Source: Gordius albopunctatus (Eukaryota). From it: a stretch of 64,000 bases of DNA. The position numbers were made by a program, and so were the translations under genes. Below, in pieces: positions 40,301 to 55,300 of the stretch. Under the pieces are notes generated by a model. The model was not told the DNA's origin. It worked only from the letters and a program-made list of their open reading frames with translations, and did not search any database. The first letter of the stretch is position 1; each line of letters opens with the position of its first letter. The stretch lies in contig OZ193910.1 in assembly GCA_964276515.1 (NCBI GenBank), positions 6,820,001 to 6,884,000 on the forward strand, given 5' to 3'.

Positions 40301-43300
40301 ATTCACCTCTTATACCGAAAACTTTCATGAGAGCTATATGGTTGAACAAAAAAATTTAAAAAATTTTGAGGTCGAAAAAAATATTATTTTTCATATTCTT
40401 TTGAAAGGGAGATGAAAAAACCTTTAAAAGTTAGTAAATATTCTTAGCATTTTGTCCTTGTTAGAATCTTGATAGGAATTTATGCGTGGGGGGATGTTTT
40501 AGATTGAGAGAAATTAAAATTTTCGTGTTGCGTTTAGATTGATTCAATATCGCTTTATAAGCGTGTCTCTAGTTTTAGTGAAACAAGCTCTATGCGATCG
40601 TGATTTAGAGTTAATAATTTTTGACGACTGATCAAAAAAATGTTTTTAAAGGAATTCACCTCTTATACGGAAAACTTTCATGAGAGCTATATGGTTGAAC
40701 AAAAAAATAGAAAAAATTTTGAGGTCGAAAAAATTATTATTTTTCATATTCTTTCGAAAGGGAGATGAAAAAATCTTTAAAAGTTAGTAAATATTCTTAG
40801 CATTTTGTCCTTGTTAGAATCTTGATAGGAATTTATGCGTGGGGGGATGTTTGAGATTTAGAGAAATTAAAATTTAGGTGTTGCCTTTATATTGTTTCAA
40901 TATCGCTTTATAAGCGTGTCTCTAGTTTTAGTGAAACAAGCTCTATGCGATCGTGATTCAGAGTTAATAATTTTTGATGACTGATCAAAAAAATGTTTTT
41001 CAAGGAATTCACCTCTTATACCGAAAACTTTCATGAGAGCTATATGGTTGAACAAAAAAATTTAAAAAATTTTGAGGTCGAAAAAAATATTATTTTTCAT
41101 ATTCTTTCGAAAGGGATATCAAAAAATCTTTAAAAGTTAGTAAATATTCATAGCATTTTGTCCTTGTTAGAATCTTGATAGGAATTTTTGCGTGGGGGGA
41201 TGTTTTAGATTGAGAGAAATTAAAATTTAGGTGTTGCGTTTATATTGTTTCAATATCGCTTTATAAGCGAGCTCTATGCGATCGTGATTTAGAGTTAATA
41301 ATTTTTGATGACTGATCAAAAAAATGTTTTTCAAGGAATTCATCTCTTATACGGAAAACTTTCATGAGAGCTATATGGTTGAACAAAAAAATTGAAAAAA
41401 TTTTGAGGTCGAAAAAAATATTATTTTTCATATTCTTTCGAAAGGATGATGAAAAAATCTTTAAAAGTTAGTAAATATTCTTAGCATTTTGTCCTTGTTA
41501 GAATCTTGATAGGAATTTTTGCGTGGGGGGATGTTTTAGATTGAGAGAAATTAAAATTTAGGTGTTGCGTTTATATTGTTTCAATATCGCTTTATAAGCG
41601 TGTCTCTAGTTTTAGTTAAACAAGCTCTATGCGATCGTGATTCAGAGTTAATAATTTTTGATGACTGATCAAAAAAATGTTTTTCAAGGAATTCACCTCT
41701 TATACCGAAAACTTTCATGAGAGCTATATGGTTGAACAAAAAAATTTAAAAAATTTTGAGGTCGAAAAAAATATTATTTTTCATATTCTTTCGAAAGGGA
41801 TATCAAAAATTCTTTAAAAGTTAGTAAATATTCATAGCATTTTGTCCTTGTTAGAATCTTGATAGGAATTTTTGCGTGGGGGGATGTTTTAGATTGAGAG
41901 AAATTAAAATTTAGGTGTTGCGTTTATATTGTTTCAATATCGCTTTATAAGCGAGCTCTATGCGATCGTGATTTAGAGTTAATAATTTTTGATGACTGAT
42001 CAAAAAAATGTTTTTCAAGGAATTCATCTCTTATACGGAAAACTTTCATGAGAGCTATATGGTTGAACAAAAAAATTGAAAAAATTTTGAGGTCGAAAAA
42101 AATATTATTTTTCATATTCTTTCGAAAGGATGATGAAAAAATCTTTAAAAGTTAGTAAATATTCTTAGCATTTTGTCCTTGTTAGAATCTTGATAGGAAT
42201 TTTTGCGTGGGGGGATGTTTTAGATTGAGAGAAATTAAAATTTAGGTGTTGCGTTTATATTGTTTCAATATCGCTTTATAAGCGTGTCTCTAGTTTTAGT
42301 TAAACAAGCTCTATGCGATCGTGATTCAGAGTTAATAATTTTTGATGACTGATCAAAAAAATGTTTTTCAAGGAATTCACCTCTTATACCGAAAACTTTC
42401 ATGAGAGCTATATGGTTGAACAAAAAAATTTAAAAAATTTTGAGGTCGAAAAAATTATTATTTTTCATATTCTTTTGAAAGGGAGATGAAAAAATCTTTA
42501 AAAGTTAGTAAATATTCTTAGCATTTTGTCCTTGTTAGAATCTTGATAGGAATTTTTGCGTGGGGGGATGTTTTAGATTGAGAGAAATTAAAATTCAAGT
42601 GTTGCGTTTATATTGTTTCAATATCGCTTTATAAGCGTGTCTCTAGTTTTAGTGAAACAAGCTCTATGCGATCGTGATTCAGAGTTAATAATTTTTGATG
42701 ACTGATCAAAAAAATGTTTTTCAAGGAATTCACCTCTTATACCGAAAACTTTCATGAGAGCTATATGGTTGAACAAAAAAATTGAAAAAATTTTGAGGTC
42801 GAAAAAAATATTATTTTTCATATTCTTTCGAAAGGATGATGAAAAAATCTTTAAAAGTTAGTAAATATTCTTAGCATTTTGTCCTTGTTAGAATCTTGAT
42901 AGGAATTTTTGCGTGGGGGGATGTTTTAGATTGAGAGAAATTAAAATTTAGGTGTTGCGTTTATATTGTTTCAATATCGCTTTATAAGCGTGTCTCTAGT
43001 TTTAGTGAAACAAGCTCTATGCGATCGTGATTCAGAGTTAATAATTTTTGATGACTGATCAAAAAAATGTTTTTCAAGGAATTCACCTCTTATACCGAAA
43101 ACTTTCATGAGAGCTATATGGTTGAACAAAAAAATTTAAAAAATTTTGAGGTCGAAAAAAATATTATTTTTCATATTCTTTCGAAAGGGATATCAAAAAA
43201 TCTTTAAAAGTTAGTAAATATTCATAGCATTTTGTCCTTGTTAGAATCTTGATAGGAATTTTTGCGTGGGGGGATGTTTTAGATTGAGAGAAATTAAAAT

Positions 43301-46300
43301 TTAGGTGTTGCGTTTATATTGTTTCAATATCGCTTTATAAGCGTGTCTCTAGTTTTAGTTAAACAAGCTCTATGCGATCGTGATTTAGAGTTAATAATTT
43401 TTGACGACTGATCAAAAAAATGTTTTTCAAGGAATTCACCTCTTATACCGAAAACTTTCATGAGAGCTATATGGTTGAACAAAAAAATTGAAAAAATTTT
43501 GAGGTCGAAAAAAATATTATTTTTCATATTGTTTCGAAAGGGAGATGAAAAAATCTTTAAAAGTTAGTAAATATTCTTAGCATTTTGTCCTTGTTAGAAT
43601 CTTGATAGGAATTTTTGCGTGGGGGGATGTTTGAGATTGAGAGAAATTAAAATTTTCGTGTTGCGTTTAGATTGATTCAATATCGCTTTATAAGCGTGTC
43701 TCTAGTTTTAGTGAAACAAGCTCTATGCGATCGTGATTTAGAGTTAATAATTTTTGATGACTGATCAAAAAAATGTTTTTCAAGGAATTCACCTCTTATA
43801 CCGAAAACTTTCATGAGAGCTATATGGTTGAACAAAAAAATAGAAAAAATTTTGAGGTCGAAAAAATTATTATTTTTCATATTCTTTTGAAAGGGAGATG
43901 AAAAAATCTTTAAAAGTTAGTAAATATTCTTAGCATTTTGTCCTTGTTAGAATCTTGATAGGAATTTTTGCGTGGGGGGATGTTTTAGATTGAGAGAAAT
44001 TAAAATTTAGGTGTTGCGTTTATATTGTTTCAATATCGCTTTATAAGCGTGTCTCTAGTTTTAGTGAAACAAGCTCTATGCGATCGTGATTCAGAGTTAA
44101 TAATTTTTGATGACTGATCAAAAAAATGTTTTTCAAGGAATTCACCTCTTATACCGAAAACTTTCATGAGAGCTATATGGTTGAACAAAAAAATTTAAAA
44201 AATTTTGAGGTCGAAAAAAATATTATTTTTCATATTCTTTCGAAAGGGATATCAAAAAATCTTTAAAAGTTAGTAAATATTCATAGCATTTTGTCCTTGT
44301 TAGAATCTTGATAGGAATTTTTGCGTGGGGGGATGTTTTAGATTGAGAGAAATTAAAATTTAGGTGTTGCGTTTATATTGTTTCAATATCGCTTTATAAG
44401 CGTGTCTCTAGTTTTAGTGTAACAAGCTCTATGCGATCGTGATTTAGAGTTAATAATTTTTGATGACTGATCAAAAAAATGTTTTTCAAGGAATTCACCT
44501 CTTATACCGAAAACTTTCATGAGAGCTATATGGTTGAACAAAAAAAATTAAAACAATTTTGAGGTCGAAAAAAATATTATTTTTCATATTCTTTCGAAAG
44601 GGAGATGAAAATATCTTTAAAAGTTAGTAAATATTCTTAGCATTTTGTCCTTGTTAGAATCTTGATAGGAATTTTTGCGTGGGGGCATGTTTGAGATTGA
44701 GAGAAATTAAAATTTTCGTGTTGCGTTTAGATTGATTCAATATCGCTTTATAAGCGTGTCTCTAGTTTTAGTTAAACAGGCTCTATGCGATCGTGATTTA
44801 GAGTTAATAATTTTTGATGACTGATCAAAAAAATGTTTTTCAAGGAATTCATCTCTTATACGGAAAACTTTCATGAGAGCTATATGGTTGAACAAAAAAA
44901 TAGAAAAAATTTTGAGGTCGAAAAAATTATTATTTTTCATATTCTTTCGAAAGGGAGATGAAAAAATCTTTAAAAGTTAGTAAATATTCTTAGCATTTTG
45001 TCCTTGTTAGAATCTTGATAGGAATTTTTGCGTGGGGGGATGTTTGAGATTGAGAGAAATTAAAATTTTCGTGTTGAGTTTAGATTGATTCAATATCGCT
45101 TTATAAGCGTGTCTCTAGTTTTAGTGAAACAAGCTCTATGCGATCGTGATTTAGAGTTAATAATTTTTGACGACTGATCAAAAAAATGTTTTTAAAGGAA
45201 TTCACCTCTTATACGGAAAACTTTCATGAGAGCTATATGGTTGAACAAAAAAAATTAAAACAATTTTGAGGTCGAAAAAAATATTATTTTTCATATTCTT
45301 TCGAAAGGGAGATGAAAAAATCTTTAAAAGTTAGTAAATATTCTTAGCATTTTGTCCTTGTTAGAATCTTGATAGGAATTTTTGCGTGGGGGCATGTTTG
45401 AGATTGAGAGAAATTAAAATTTTCGTGTTGTGTTTAGATTGATTCAATATCGCTTTATAAGCGTGTCTCTAGTTTTAGTGAAACAGGCTCTATGCGATCG
45501 TGATTTAGAGTTAATAATTTTTGATGACTGATCAAAAAAATGTTTTTCAAGGAATTCATCTCTTATACGGAAAACTTTCATGAGAGCTATATGGTTGAAC
45601 AAAAAAATTGAAAAAATTTTGAGGTCGAAAAAAATATTATTTTTCATATTCTTTCGAAAGGGAGATGAAAAAATCTTTAAAAGTTAGTAAATATTCTTAG
45701 CATTTTGTCCTTGTTAGAATCTTGATAGGAATTTTTGCGTGGGGGCATGTTTGAGATTGAGAGAAATTAAAATTTTCGTGTTGCGTTTAGATTGATTCAA
45801 TATCGCTTTATAAGCGTGTCTCTAGTTTTAGTGAAACAGGCTCTATGCGATCGTGATTTAGAGTTAATAATTTTTGATGACTGATCAAAAAAATGTTTTT
45901 CAAGGAATTCATCTCTTATACGGAAAACTTTCATGAGAGCTATATGGTTGAACAAAAAAATTGAAAAAATTTTGAGGTCGAAAAAAATATTATTTTTCAT
46001 ATTCTTTCGAAAGGATGATGAAAAAATCTTTAAAAGTTAGTAAATATTCTTAGCATTTTGTCCTTGTTAGAATCTTGATAGGAATTTATGCGTGGGGGGA
46101 TGTTTGAGATTTAGAGAAATTAAAATTTAGGTGTTGCGTTTATATTGTTTCAATATCGCTTTATAAGCGAGCTCTATGCGATCGTGATTTAGAGTTAATA
46201 ATTTTTGATGACTGATCAAAAAAATGTTTTTGAAGGAATTCATCTCTTATACGGAAAACTTTCATGAGAGCTATATGGTTGAACAAAAAAATATAAAAAA

Positions 46301-49300
46301 TTTTGAGGTCGAAAAAAATATTATTTTTCATATTCTTTCGAAAGGATGATGAAAAAATCTTTAAAAGTTAGTAAATATTCTTAGCATTTTGTCCTTGTTA
46401 GAATCTTGATAGGAATTTTTGCGTGGGGGCATGTTTGAGATTGAGAGAAATTAAAATTTTCGTGTTGTGTTTAGATTGATTCAATATCGCTTTATAAGCG
46501 TGTCTCTAGTTTTAGTGAAACAGGCTCTATGCGATCGTGATTTAGAGTTAATAATTTTTGATGACTGATCAAAAAAATGTTTTTCAAGGAATTCATCTCT
46601 TATACGGAAAACTTTCATGAGAGCTATATGGTTGAACAAAAAAATTGAAAAAATTTTGAGGTCGAAAAAAATATTATTTTTCATATTCTTTCGAAAGGGA
46701 GATGAAAAAATCTTTAAAAGTTAGTAAATATTCTTAGCATTTTGTCCTTGTTAGAATCTTGATAGGAATTTTTGCGTGGGGGCATGTTTGAGATTGAGAG
46801 AAATTAAAATTTTCGTGTTGCGTTTAGATTGATTCAATATCGCTTTATAAGCGTGTCTCTAGTTTTAGTGAAACAGGCTCTATGCGATCGTGATTTAGAG
46901 TTAATAATTTTTGATGACTGATCAAAAAAATGTTTTTCAAGGAATTCATCTCTTATACGGAAAACTTTCATGAGAGCTATATGGTTGAACAAAAAAATTG
47001 AAAAAATTTTGAGGTCGAAAAAAATATTATTTTTCATATTCTTTCGAAAGGATGATGAAAAAATCTTTAAAAGTTAGTAAATATTCTTAGCATTTTGTCC
47101 TTGTTAGAATCTTGATAGGAATTTATGCGTGGGGGGATGTTTGAGATTTAGAGAAATTAAAATTTAGGTGTTGCGTTTATATTGTTTCAATATCGCTTTA
47201 TAAGCGTGTCTCTAGTTTTAGTGAAACAAACTCTATGCGATCGTGATTCAGAGTTAATAATTTTTGATGACTGATCAAAAAAATGTTTTTCAAGGAATTC
47301 ACCTCTTATACCGAAAACTTTCATGAGAGCTATATGGTTGAACAAAAAAATTTAAAAAATTTTGAGGTCGAAAAAAATATTATTTTTCATATTCTTTCGA
47401 AAGGGAGATGAAAAAATCTTTAAAAGTTAGTAAATATTCTTAGCATTTTGTCCTTGTTAGAATCTTGATAGGAATTTTTGCGTGGGGGGATGTTTTAGAT
47501 TGAGAGAAATTAAAATTTTCCTGTTGCGTTTATATTGTTTCAATATCGCTTTATAAGCGTGTCTCTAGTTTTAGTGAAACAAGCTCTATGCGATCGTGAT
47601 TTAGAGTTAATAATTTTTGACGACTGATCAAAAAAATGTTTTTAAAGGAATTCACCTCTTATACGGAAAACTTTCATGAGAGCTATATGGTTGAACAAAA
47701 AAATAGAAAAAATTTTGAGGTCGAAAAAATTATTATTTTTCATATTCTTTCGAAAGGGAGATGAAAAAATCTTTAAAAGTTAGTAAATATTCTTAGCATT
47801 TTGTCCTTGTTAGAATCTTGATAGGAATTTTTGCGTGGGGGGATGTTTGAGATTGAGAGAAATTAAAATTTTCGTGTTGCGTTTAGATTGATTCAATATC
47901 GCTTTATAAGCGTGTCTCTAGTTTTAGTGAAACAAGCTCTATGCGATCGTGATTTAGAGTTAATAATTTTTGATGACTGATCAAAAAAATGTTTTTCAAG
48001 GAATTCACCTCTTATACCGAAAACTTTCATGAGAGCTATATGGTTGAACAAAAAAATAGAAAAAATTTTGAGGTCGAAAAAATTATTATTTTTCATATTC
48101 TTTTGAAAGGGAGATGAAAAAATCTTTAAAAGTTAGTAAATATTCTTAGCATTTTGTCCTTGTTAGAATCTTGATAGGAATTTATGCGTGGGGGGATGTT
48201 TTAGATTGAGAGAAATTAAAATTTAGGTGTTGCGTTTATATTGTTTCAATATCGCTTTATAAGCGAGCTCTATGCGATCGTGATTTAGAGTTAATAATTT
48301 TTGATGACTGATCAAAAAAATGTTTTTGAAGGAATTCATCTCTTATACGGAAAACTTTCATGAGAGCTATATGGTTGAACAAAAAAATATAAAAAATTTT
48401 GAGGTCGAAAAAAATATTATTTTTCATATTCTTTCGAAAGGATGATGAAAAAATCTTTAAAAGTTAGTAAATATTCTTAGCATTTTGTCCTTGTTAGAAT
48501 CTTGATAGGAATTTTTGCGTGGGGGGATGTTTTAGATTGAGAGAAATTAAAATTTAGGTGTTGCGTTTATATTGTTTCAATATCGCTTTATAAGCGTGTC
48601 TCTAGTTTTAGTGTAACAAGCTCTATGCGATCGTGATTTAGAGTTAATAATTTTTGATGACTGATCAAAAAAATGTTTTTCAAGGAATTCACCTCTTATA
48701 CCGAAAACTTTCATGAGAGCTATATGGTTGAACAAAAAAAATTAAAACAATTTTGAGGTCGAAAAAAATATTATTTTTCATATTCTTTCGAAAGGGAGAT
48801 GAAAAAATCTTTAAAAGTTAGTAAATATTCTTAGCATTTTGTCCTTGTTAGAATCTTGATAGGAATTTTTGCGTGGAGGCATGTTTGAGATTGAGAGAAA
48901 TTAAAATTTTCGTGTTGCGTTTAGATTGATTCAATATCGCTTTATAAGCGTGTCTCTAGTTTTAGTGAAACAGGCTCTATGCGATCGTGATTTAGAGTTA
49001 ATAATTTTTGATGACTGATCAAAAAAATGTTTTTCAAGGAATTCATCTCTTATACGGAAAACTTTCATGAGAGCTATATGGTTGAACAAAAAAATTGAAA
49101 AAATTTTGAGGTCGAAAAAAATATTATTTTTCATATTCTTTCGAAAGGATGATGAAAAAATCTTTAAAAGTTAGTAAATATTCTTAGCATTTTGTCCTTG
49201 TTAGAATCTTGATAGGAATTTTTGCGTGGGGGGATGTTTTAGATTGAGAGAAATTAAAATTTTCCTGTTGCGTTTATATTGTTTCAATATCGCTTTATAA

Positions 49301-52300
49301 GCGTGTCTCTAGTTTTAGTGAAACAAGCTCTATGCGATCGTGATTTAGAGTTAATAATTTTTGACGACTGATCAAAAAAATGTTTTTAAAGGAATTCACC
49401 TCTTATACGGAAAACTTTCATGAGAGCTATATGGTTGAACAAAAAAATAGAAAAAATTTTGAGGTCGAAAAAATTATTATTTTTCATATTCTTTCGAAAG
49501 GGAGATGAAAAAATCTTTAAAAGTTAGTAAATATTCTTAGCATTTTGTCCTTGTTAGAATCTTGATAGGAATTTTTGCGTGGGGGGATGTTTTAGATTGA
49601 GAGAAATTAAAATTTTCCTGTTGCGTTTATATTGTTTCAATATCGCTTTATAAGCGTGTCTCTAGTTTTAGTGAAACAAGCTCTATGCGATCGTGATTTA
49701 GAGTTAATAATTTTTGACGACTGATCAAAAAAATGTTTTTAAAGGAATTCACCTCTTATACGGAAAACTTTCATGAGAGCTATATGGTTGAACAAAAAAA
49801 TAGAAAAAATTTTGAGGTCGAAAAAATTATTATTTTTCATATTCTTTCGAAAGGGAGATGAAAAAATCTTTAAAAGTTAGTAAATATTCTTAGCATTTTG
49901 TCCTTGTTAGAATCTTGATAGGAATTTTTGCGTGGGGGGATGTTTGAGATTGAGAGAAATTAAAATTTTCGTGTTGCGTTTAGATTGATTCAATATCGCT
50001 TTATAAGCGTGTCTCTAGTTTTAGTGAAACAAGCTCTATGCGATCGTGATTTAGAGTTAATAATTTTTGATGACTGATCAAAAAAATGTTTTTCAAGGAA
50101 TTCACCTCTTATACCGAAAACTTTCATGAGAGCTATATGGTTGAACAAAAAAATAGAAAAAATTTTGAGGTCGAAAAAATTATTATTTTTCATATTCTTT
50201 TGAAAGGGAGATGAAAAAATCTTTAAAAGTTAGTAAATATTCTTAGCATTTTGTCCTTGTTAGAATCTTGATAGGAATTTATGCGTGGGGGGATGTTTTA
50301 GATTGAGAGAAATTAAAATTTAGGTGTTGCGTTTATATTGTTTCAATATCGCTTTATAAGCGAGCTCTATGCGATCGTGATTTAGAGTTAATAATTTTTG
50401 ATGACTGATCAAAAAAATGTTTTTGAAGGAATTCATCTCTTATACGGAAAACTTTCATGAGAGCTATATGGTTGAACAAAAAAATATAAAAAATTTTGAG
50501 GTCGAAAAAAATATTATTTTTCATATTCTTTCGAAAGGATGATGAAAAAATCTTTAAAAGTTAGTAAATATTCTTAGCATTTTGTCCTTGTTAGAATCTT
50601 GATAGGAATTTTTGCGTGGGGGGATGTTTTAGATTGAGAGAAATTAAAATTTAGGTGTTGCGTTTATATTGTTTCAATATCGCTTTATAAGCGTGTCTCT
50701 AGTTTTAGTGAAACAAGCTCTATGCGATCGTGATTCAGAGTTAATAATTTTTGATGACTGATCAAAAAAATGTTTTTCAAGGAATTCACCTCTTATACCG
50801 AAAACTTTCATGAGAGCTATATGGTTGAACAAAAAAATTTAAAAAATTTTGAGGTCGAAAAAAATATTATTTTTCATATTCTTTCGAAAGGGATATCAAA
50901 AAATCTTTAAAAGTTAGTAAATATTCATAGCATTTTGTCCTTGTTAGAATCTTGATAGGAATTTTTGCGTGGGGGGATGTTTTAGATTGAGAGAAATTAA
51001 AATTTAGGTGTTGCGTTTATATTGTTTCAATATCGCTTTATAAGCGTGTCTCTAGTTTTAGTGAAACAAACTCTATGCGATCGTGATTCAGAGTTAATAA
51101 TTTTTGATGACTGATCAAAAAAATGTTTTTCAAGGAATTCACCTCTTATACCGAAAACTTTCATGAGAGCTATATGGTTGAACAAAAAAATTTAAAAAAT
51201 TTTGAGGTCGAAAAAAATATTATTTTTCATATTCTTTCGAAAGGGATATGAAAAAATCTTTAAAAGTTAGTAAATATTCTTAGCATTTTGTGCTTGTTAG
51301 AATCTTGATAGGAATTTTTGCGTGGGGGGATGTTTTAGATTGAGAGAAATTAAAATTTAGGTGTTGCGTTTATATTGTTTCAATATCGCTTTATAAGCGT
51401 GTCTCTAGTTTTAGTTAAACAAGCTCTATGCGATCGTGATTTAGAGTTAATAATTTTTGATGACTGATCAAAAAAATGTTTTTCAAGGAATTCACCTCTT
51501 ATACCGAAAATTTTCATGAGAGCTATATGGTTGAACAAAAAAATTGAAAAAATTTTGAGGTCGAAAAAAATATTATTTTTCATATTGTTTCGAAAGGGAG
51601 ATGAAAAAATCTTTAAAAGTTAGTAAATATTCTTAGCATTTTGTCCTTGTTAGAATCTTGATAGGAATTTTTGCGTGGGGGGATGTTTGAGATTGAGAGA
51701 AATTAAAATTTTCGTGTTGCGTTTAGATTGATTTAATATCGCTTTATAAGCGTGTCTCTAGTTTTAGTGAAACAAGCTCTATGCGATCGTGATTTAGAGT
51801 TAATAATTTTTGATGACTGATCAAAAAATGTTTTTCAAGGAATTCACCTCTTATACCGAAAACTTTCATGAGAACTATATGGTTGGAACAAAAAAATTGA
51901 AAAAATTTTGAGGTCGAAAAAAATATTATTTTTCATATTTTTTCGAAAGGGAGATGAAAAAATCTTTAAAAGTTAGAAAATATTCTTAGCATTTTGTCCT
52001 TGTTAGAATCTTGATAGGAATTTATGCGTGGGGGGATGTTTTAGATTGAGAGAAATTAAAATTTAGGTGTTGCGTTTATATTGTTTCAATATCGCTTTAT
52101 AAGCGTGTCTCTAGTTTTAGTGAAACAAGCTCTATGCGATCGTGATTCAGAGTTAATAATTTTTGATGACTGATCAAAAAAATGTTTTTCAAGGAATTCA
52201 CCTCTTATACCGAAAACTTTCATGAGAGCTATATGGTTGAACAAAAAAATTTAAAAAATTTTGAGGTCGAAAAAAATATTATTTTTCATATTGTTTCGAA

Positions 52301-55300
52301 AGGGAGATGAAAAAATCTTTAAAAGTTAGTAAATATTCTTAGCATTTTGTCCTTGTTAGAATCTTGATAGGAATTTTTGCGTGGGGGGATGTTTGAGATT
52401 GAGAGAAATTAAAATTTAGGTGTTGCCTTTATATTGTTTCAATATCGCTTTATAAGCGTGTCTCTAGTTTTAGTGAAACAAGCTCTATGCGATCGTGATT
52501 CAGAGTTAATAATTTTTGATGACTGATCAAAAAAATGTTTTTCAAGGAATTCACCTCTTATACGGAAAACTTTCATGAGAGCTATATGGTTGAACAAAAA
52601 AATAGAAAAAATTTTGAGGTCGAAAAAAATATTATTTTTCATATTCTTTTGAAAGGGAGATGAAAAAATCTTTAAAAGTTAGTAAATATTCTTAGCATTT
52701 TGTCCTTGTTAGAATCTTGATAGGAATTTATGCGTGGGGGGATGTTTTAGATTGAGAGAAATTAAAATTTAGGTGTTGCGTTTATATTGTTTCAATATCG
52801 CTTTATAAGCGAGCTCTATGCGATCGTGATTTAGAGTTAATAATTTTTGATGACTGATCAAAAAAATGTTTTTCAAGGAATTCATCTCTTATACGGAAAA
52901 CTTTCATGAGAGCTATATGGTTGAACAAAAAAATTGAAAAAATTTTGAGGTCGAAAAAAATATTATTTTTCATATTGTTTCGAAAGGGAGATGAAAAAAT
53001 CTTTAAAAGTTAGTAAATATTCTTAGCATTTTGTCCTTGTTAGAATCTTGATAGGAATTTTTGCGTGGGGGGATGTTTGAGATTGAGAGAAATTAAAATT
53101 TTCGTGTTGCGTTTAGATTGATTCAATATCGCTTTATAAGCGTGTCTCTAGTTTTAGTGAAACAAGCTCTATGCGATCGTGATTTAGAGTTAATAATTTT
53201 TGATGACTGATCAAAAAAATGTTTTTCAAGGAATTCACCTCTTATACCGAAAACTTTCATGAGAGCTATATGGTTGAACAAAAAAATTTAAAAAATTTTG
53301 AGGTCGAAAAAAATATTATTTTTCATATTCTTTTGAAAGGGAGATGAAAAAATCTTTAAAAGTTAGTAAATATTCTTAGCATTTTGTCCTTGTTAGAATC
53401 TTGATAGGAATTTATGCGTGGGGGGATGTTTTAGATTGAGAGAAATTAAAATTTTCGTGTTGCGTTTAGATTGATTCAATATCGCTTTATAAGCGTGTCT
53501 CTAGTTTTAGTGAAACAAGCTCTATGCGATCGTGATTCAGAGTTAATAATTTTTGATGACTGATCAAAAAAATGTTTTTCAAGGAATTCACCTCTTATAC
53601 CGAAAACTTTCATGAGAGCTATATGGTTGAACAAAAAAATTTAAAAAATTTTGAGGTCGAAAAAAATATTATTTTTCATATTCTTTTGAAAGGGAGATGA
53701 AAAAATCTTTAAAAGTTAGTAAATATTCTTAGCATTTTGTCCTTGTTAGAATCTTGATAGGAATTTATGCGTGGGGGGATGTTTTAGATTGAGAGAAATT
53801 AAAATTTAGGTGTTGCGTTTATATTTTTTCAATATCGCTTTATAAGCGAGCTCTATGCGATCGTGATTTAGAGTTAATAATTTTTGATGACTGATCAAAA
53901 AAATGTTTTTCAAGGAATTCACCTCTTATACCGAAAACTTTCATGAGAGCTATATGGTTGAACAAAAAAATTTAAAAAATTTTGAGGTCGAAAAAAATAT
54001 TATTTTTCATATTCTTTCGAAAGGGAGATGAAAAAATCTTTAAAAGTTAGTAAATATTCTTAGCATTTTGTCCTTGTTAGAATCTTGATAGGAATTTATG
54101 CGTGGGGGGATGTTTTAGATTGAGAGAAATTAAAATTTTCGTGTTGCGTTTAGATTGATTTAATATCGCTTTATAAGCGTGTCTCTAGTTTTAGTGAAAC
54201 AAGCTCTATGCGATCGTGATTTAGAGTTAATAATTTTTGATGACTGATCAAAAAATGTTTTTCAAGGAATTCATCTCTTATACGGAAAACTTTCATGAGA
54301 GCTATATGGTTGAACAAAAAAATTGAAAAAATTTTGAGGTCGAAAAAAATATTATTTTTCATATTCTTTTGAAAGGGAGATGAAAAAATCTTTAAAAGTT
54401 AGTAAATATTCTTAGCATTTTGTCCTTGTTAGAATCTTGATAGGAATTTATGCGTGGGGGGATGTTTTAGATTGAGAGAAATTAAAATTTTCGTGTTGCG
54501 TTTAGATTGATTTAATATCGCTTTATAAGCGTGTCTCTAGTTTTAGTGAAACAAGCTCTATGCGATCGTGATTTAGAGTTAATAATTTTTGATGACTGAT
54601 CAAAAAATGTTTTTCAAGGAATTCACCTCTTATACCGAAAACTTTCATGAGAACTATATGGTTGGAACAAAAAAATTGAAAAAATTTTGAGGTCGAAAAA
54701 AATATTATTTTTCATATTTTTTCGAAAGGGAGATGAAAAAATCTTTAAAAGTTAGTAAATATTCTTAGCATTTTGTCCTTGTTAGAATCTTGATAGGAAT
54801 TTATGCGTGGGGGGATGTTTTAGATTGAGAGAAATTAAAATTTAGGTGTTGCGTTTATATTGTTTCAATATCGCTTTATAAGCGTGTCTCTAGTTTTAGT
54901 GAAACAAGCTCTATGCGATCGTGATTCAGAGTTAATAATTTTTGATGACTGATCAAAAAAATGTTTTTCAAGGAATTCACCTCTTATACCGAAAACTTTC
55001 ATGAGAGCTATATGGTTGAACAAAAAAATTTAAAAAATTTTGAGGTCGAAAAAAATATTATTTTTCATATTGTTTCGAAAGGGAGATGAAAAAATCTTTA
55101 AAAGTTAGTAAATATTCTTAGCATTTTGTCCTTGTTAGAATCTTGATAGGAATTTTTGCGTGGGGGGATGTTTGAGATTGAGAGAAATTAAAATTTAGGT
55201 GTTGCCTTTATATTGTTTCAATATCGCTTTATAAGCGTGTCTCTAGTTTTAGTGAAACAAGCTCTATGCGATCGTGATTCAGAGTTAATAATTTTTGATG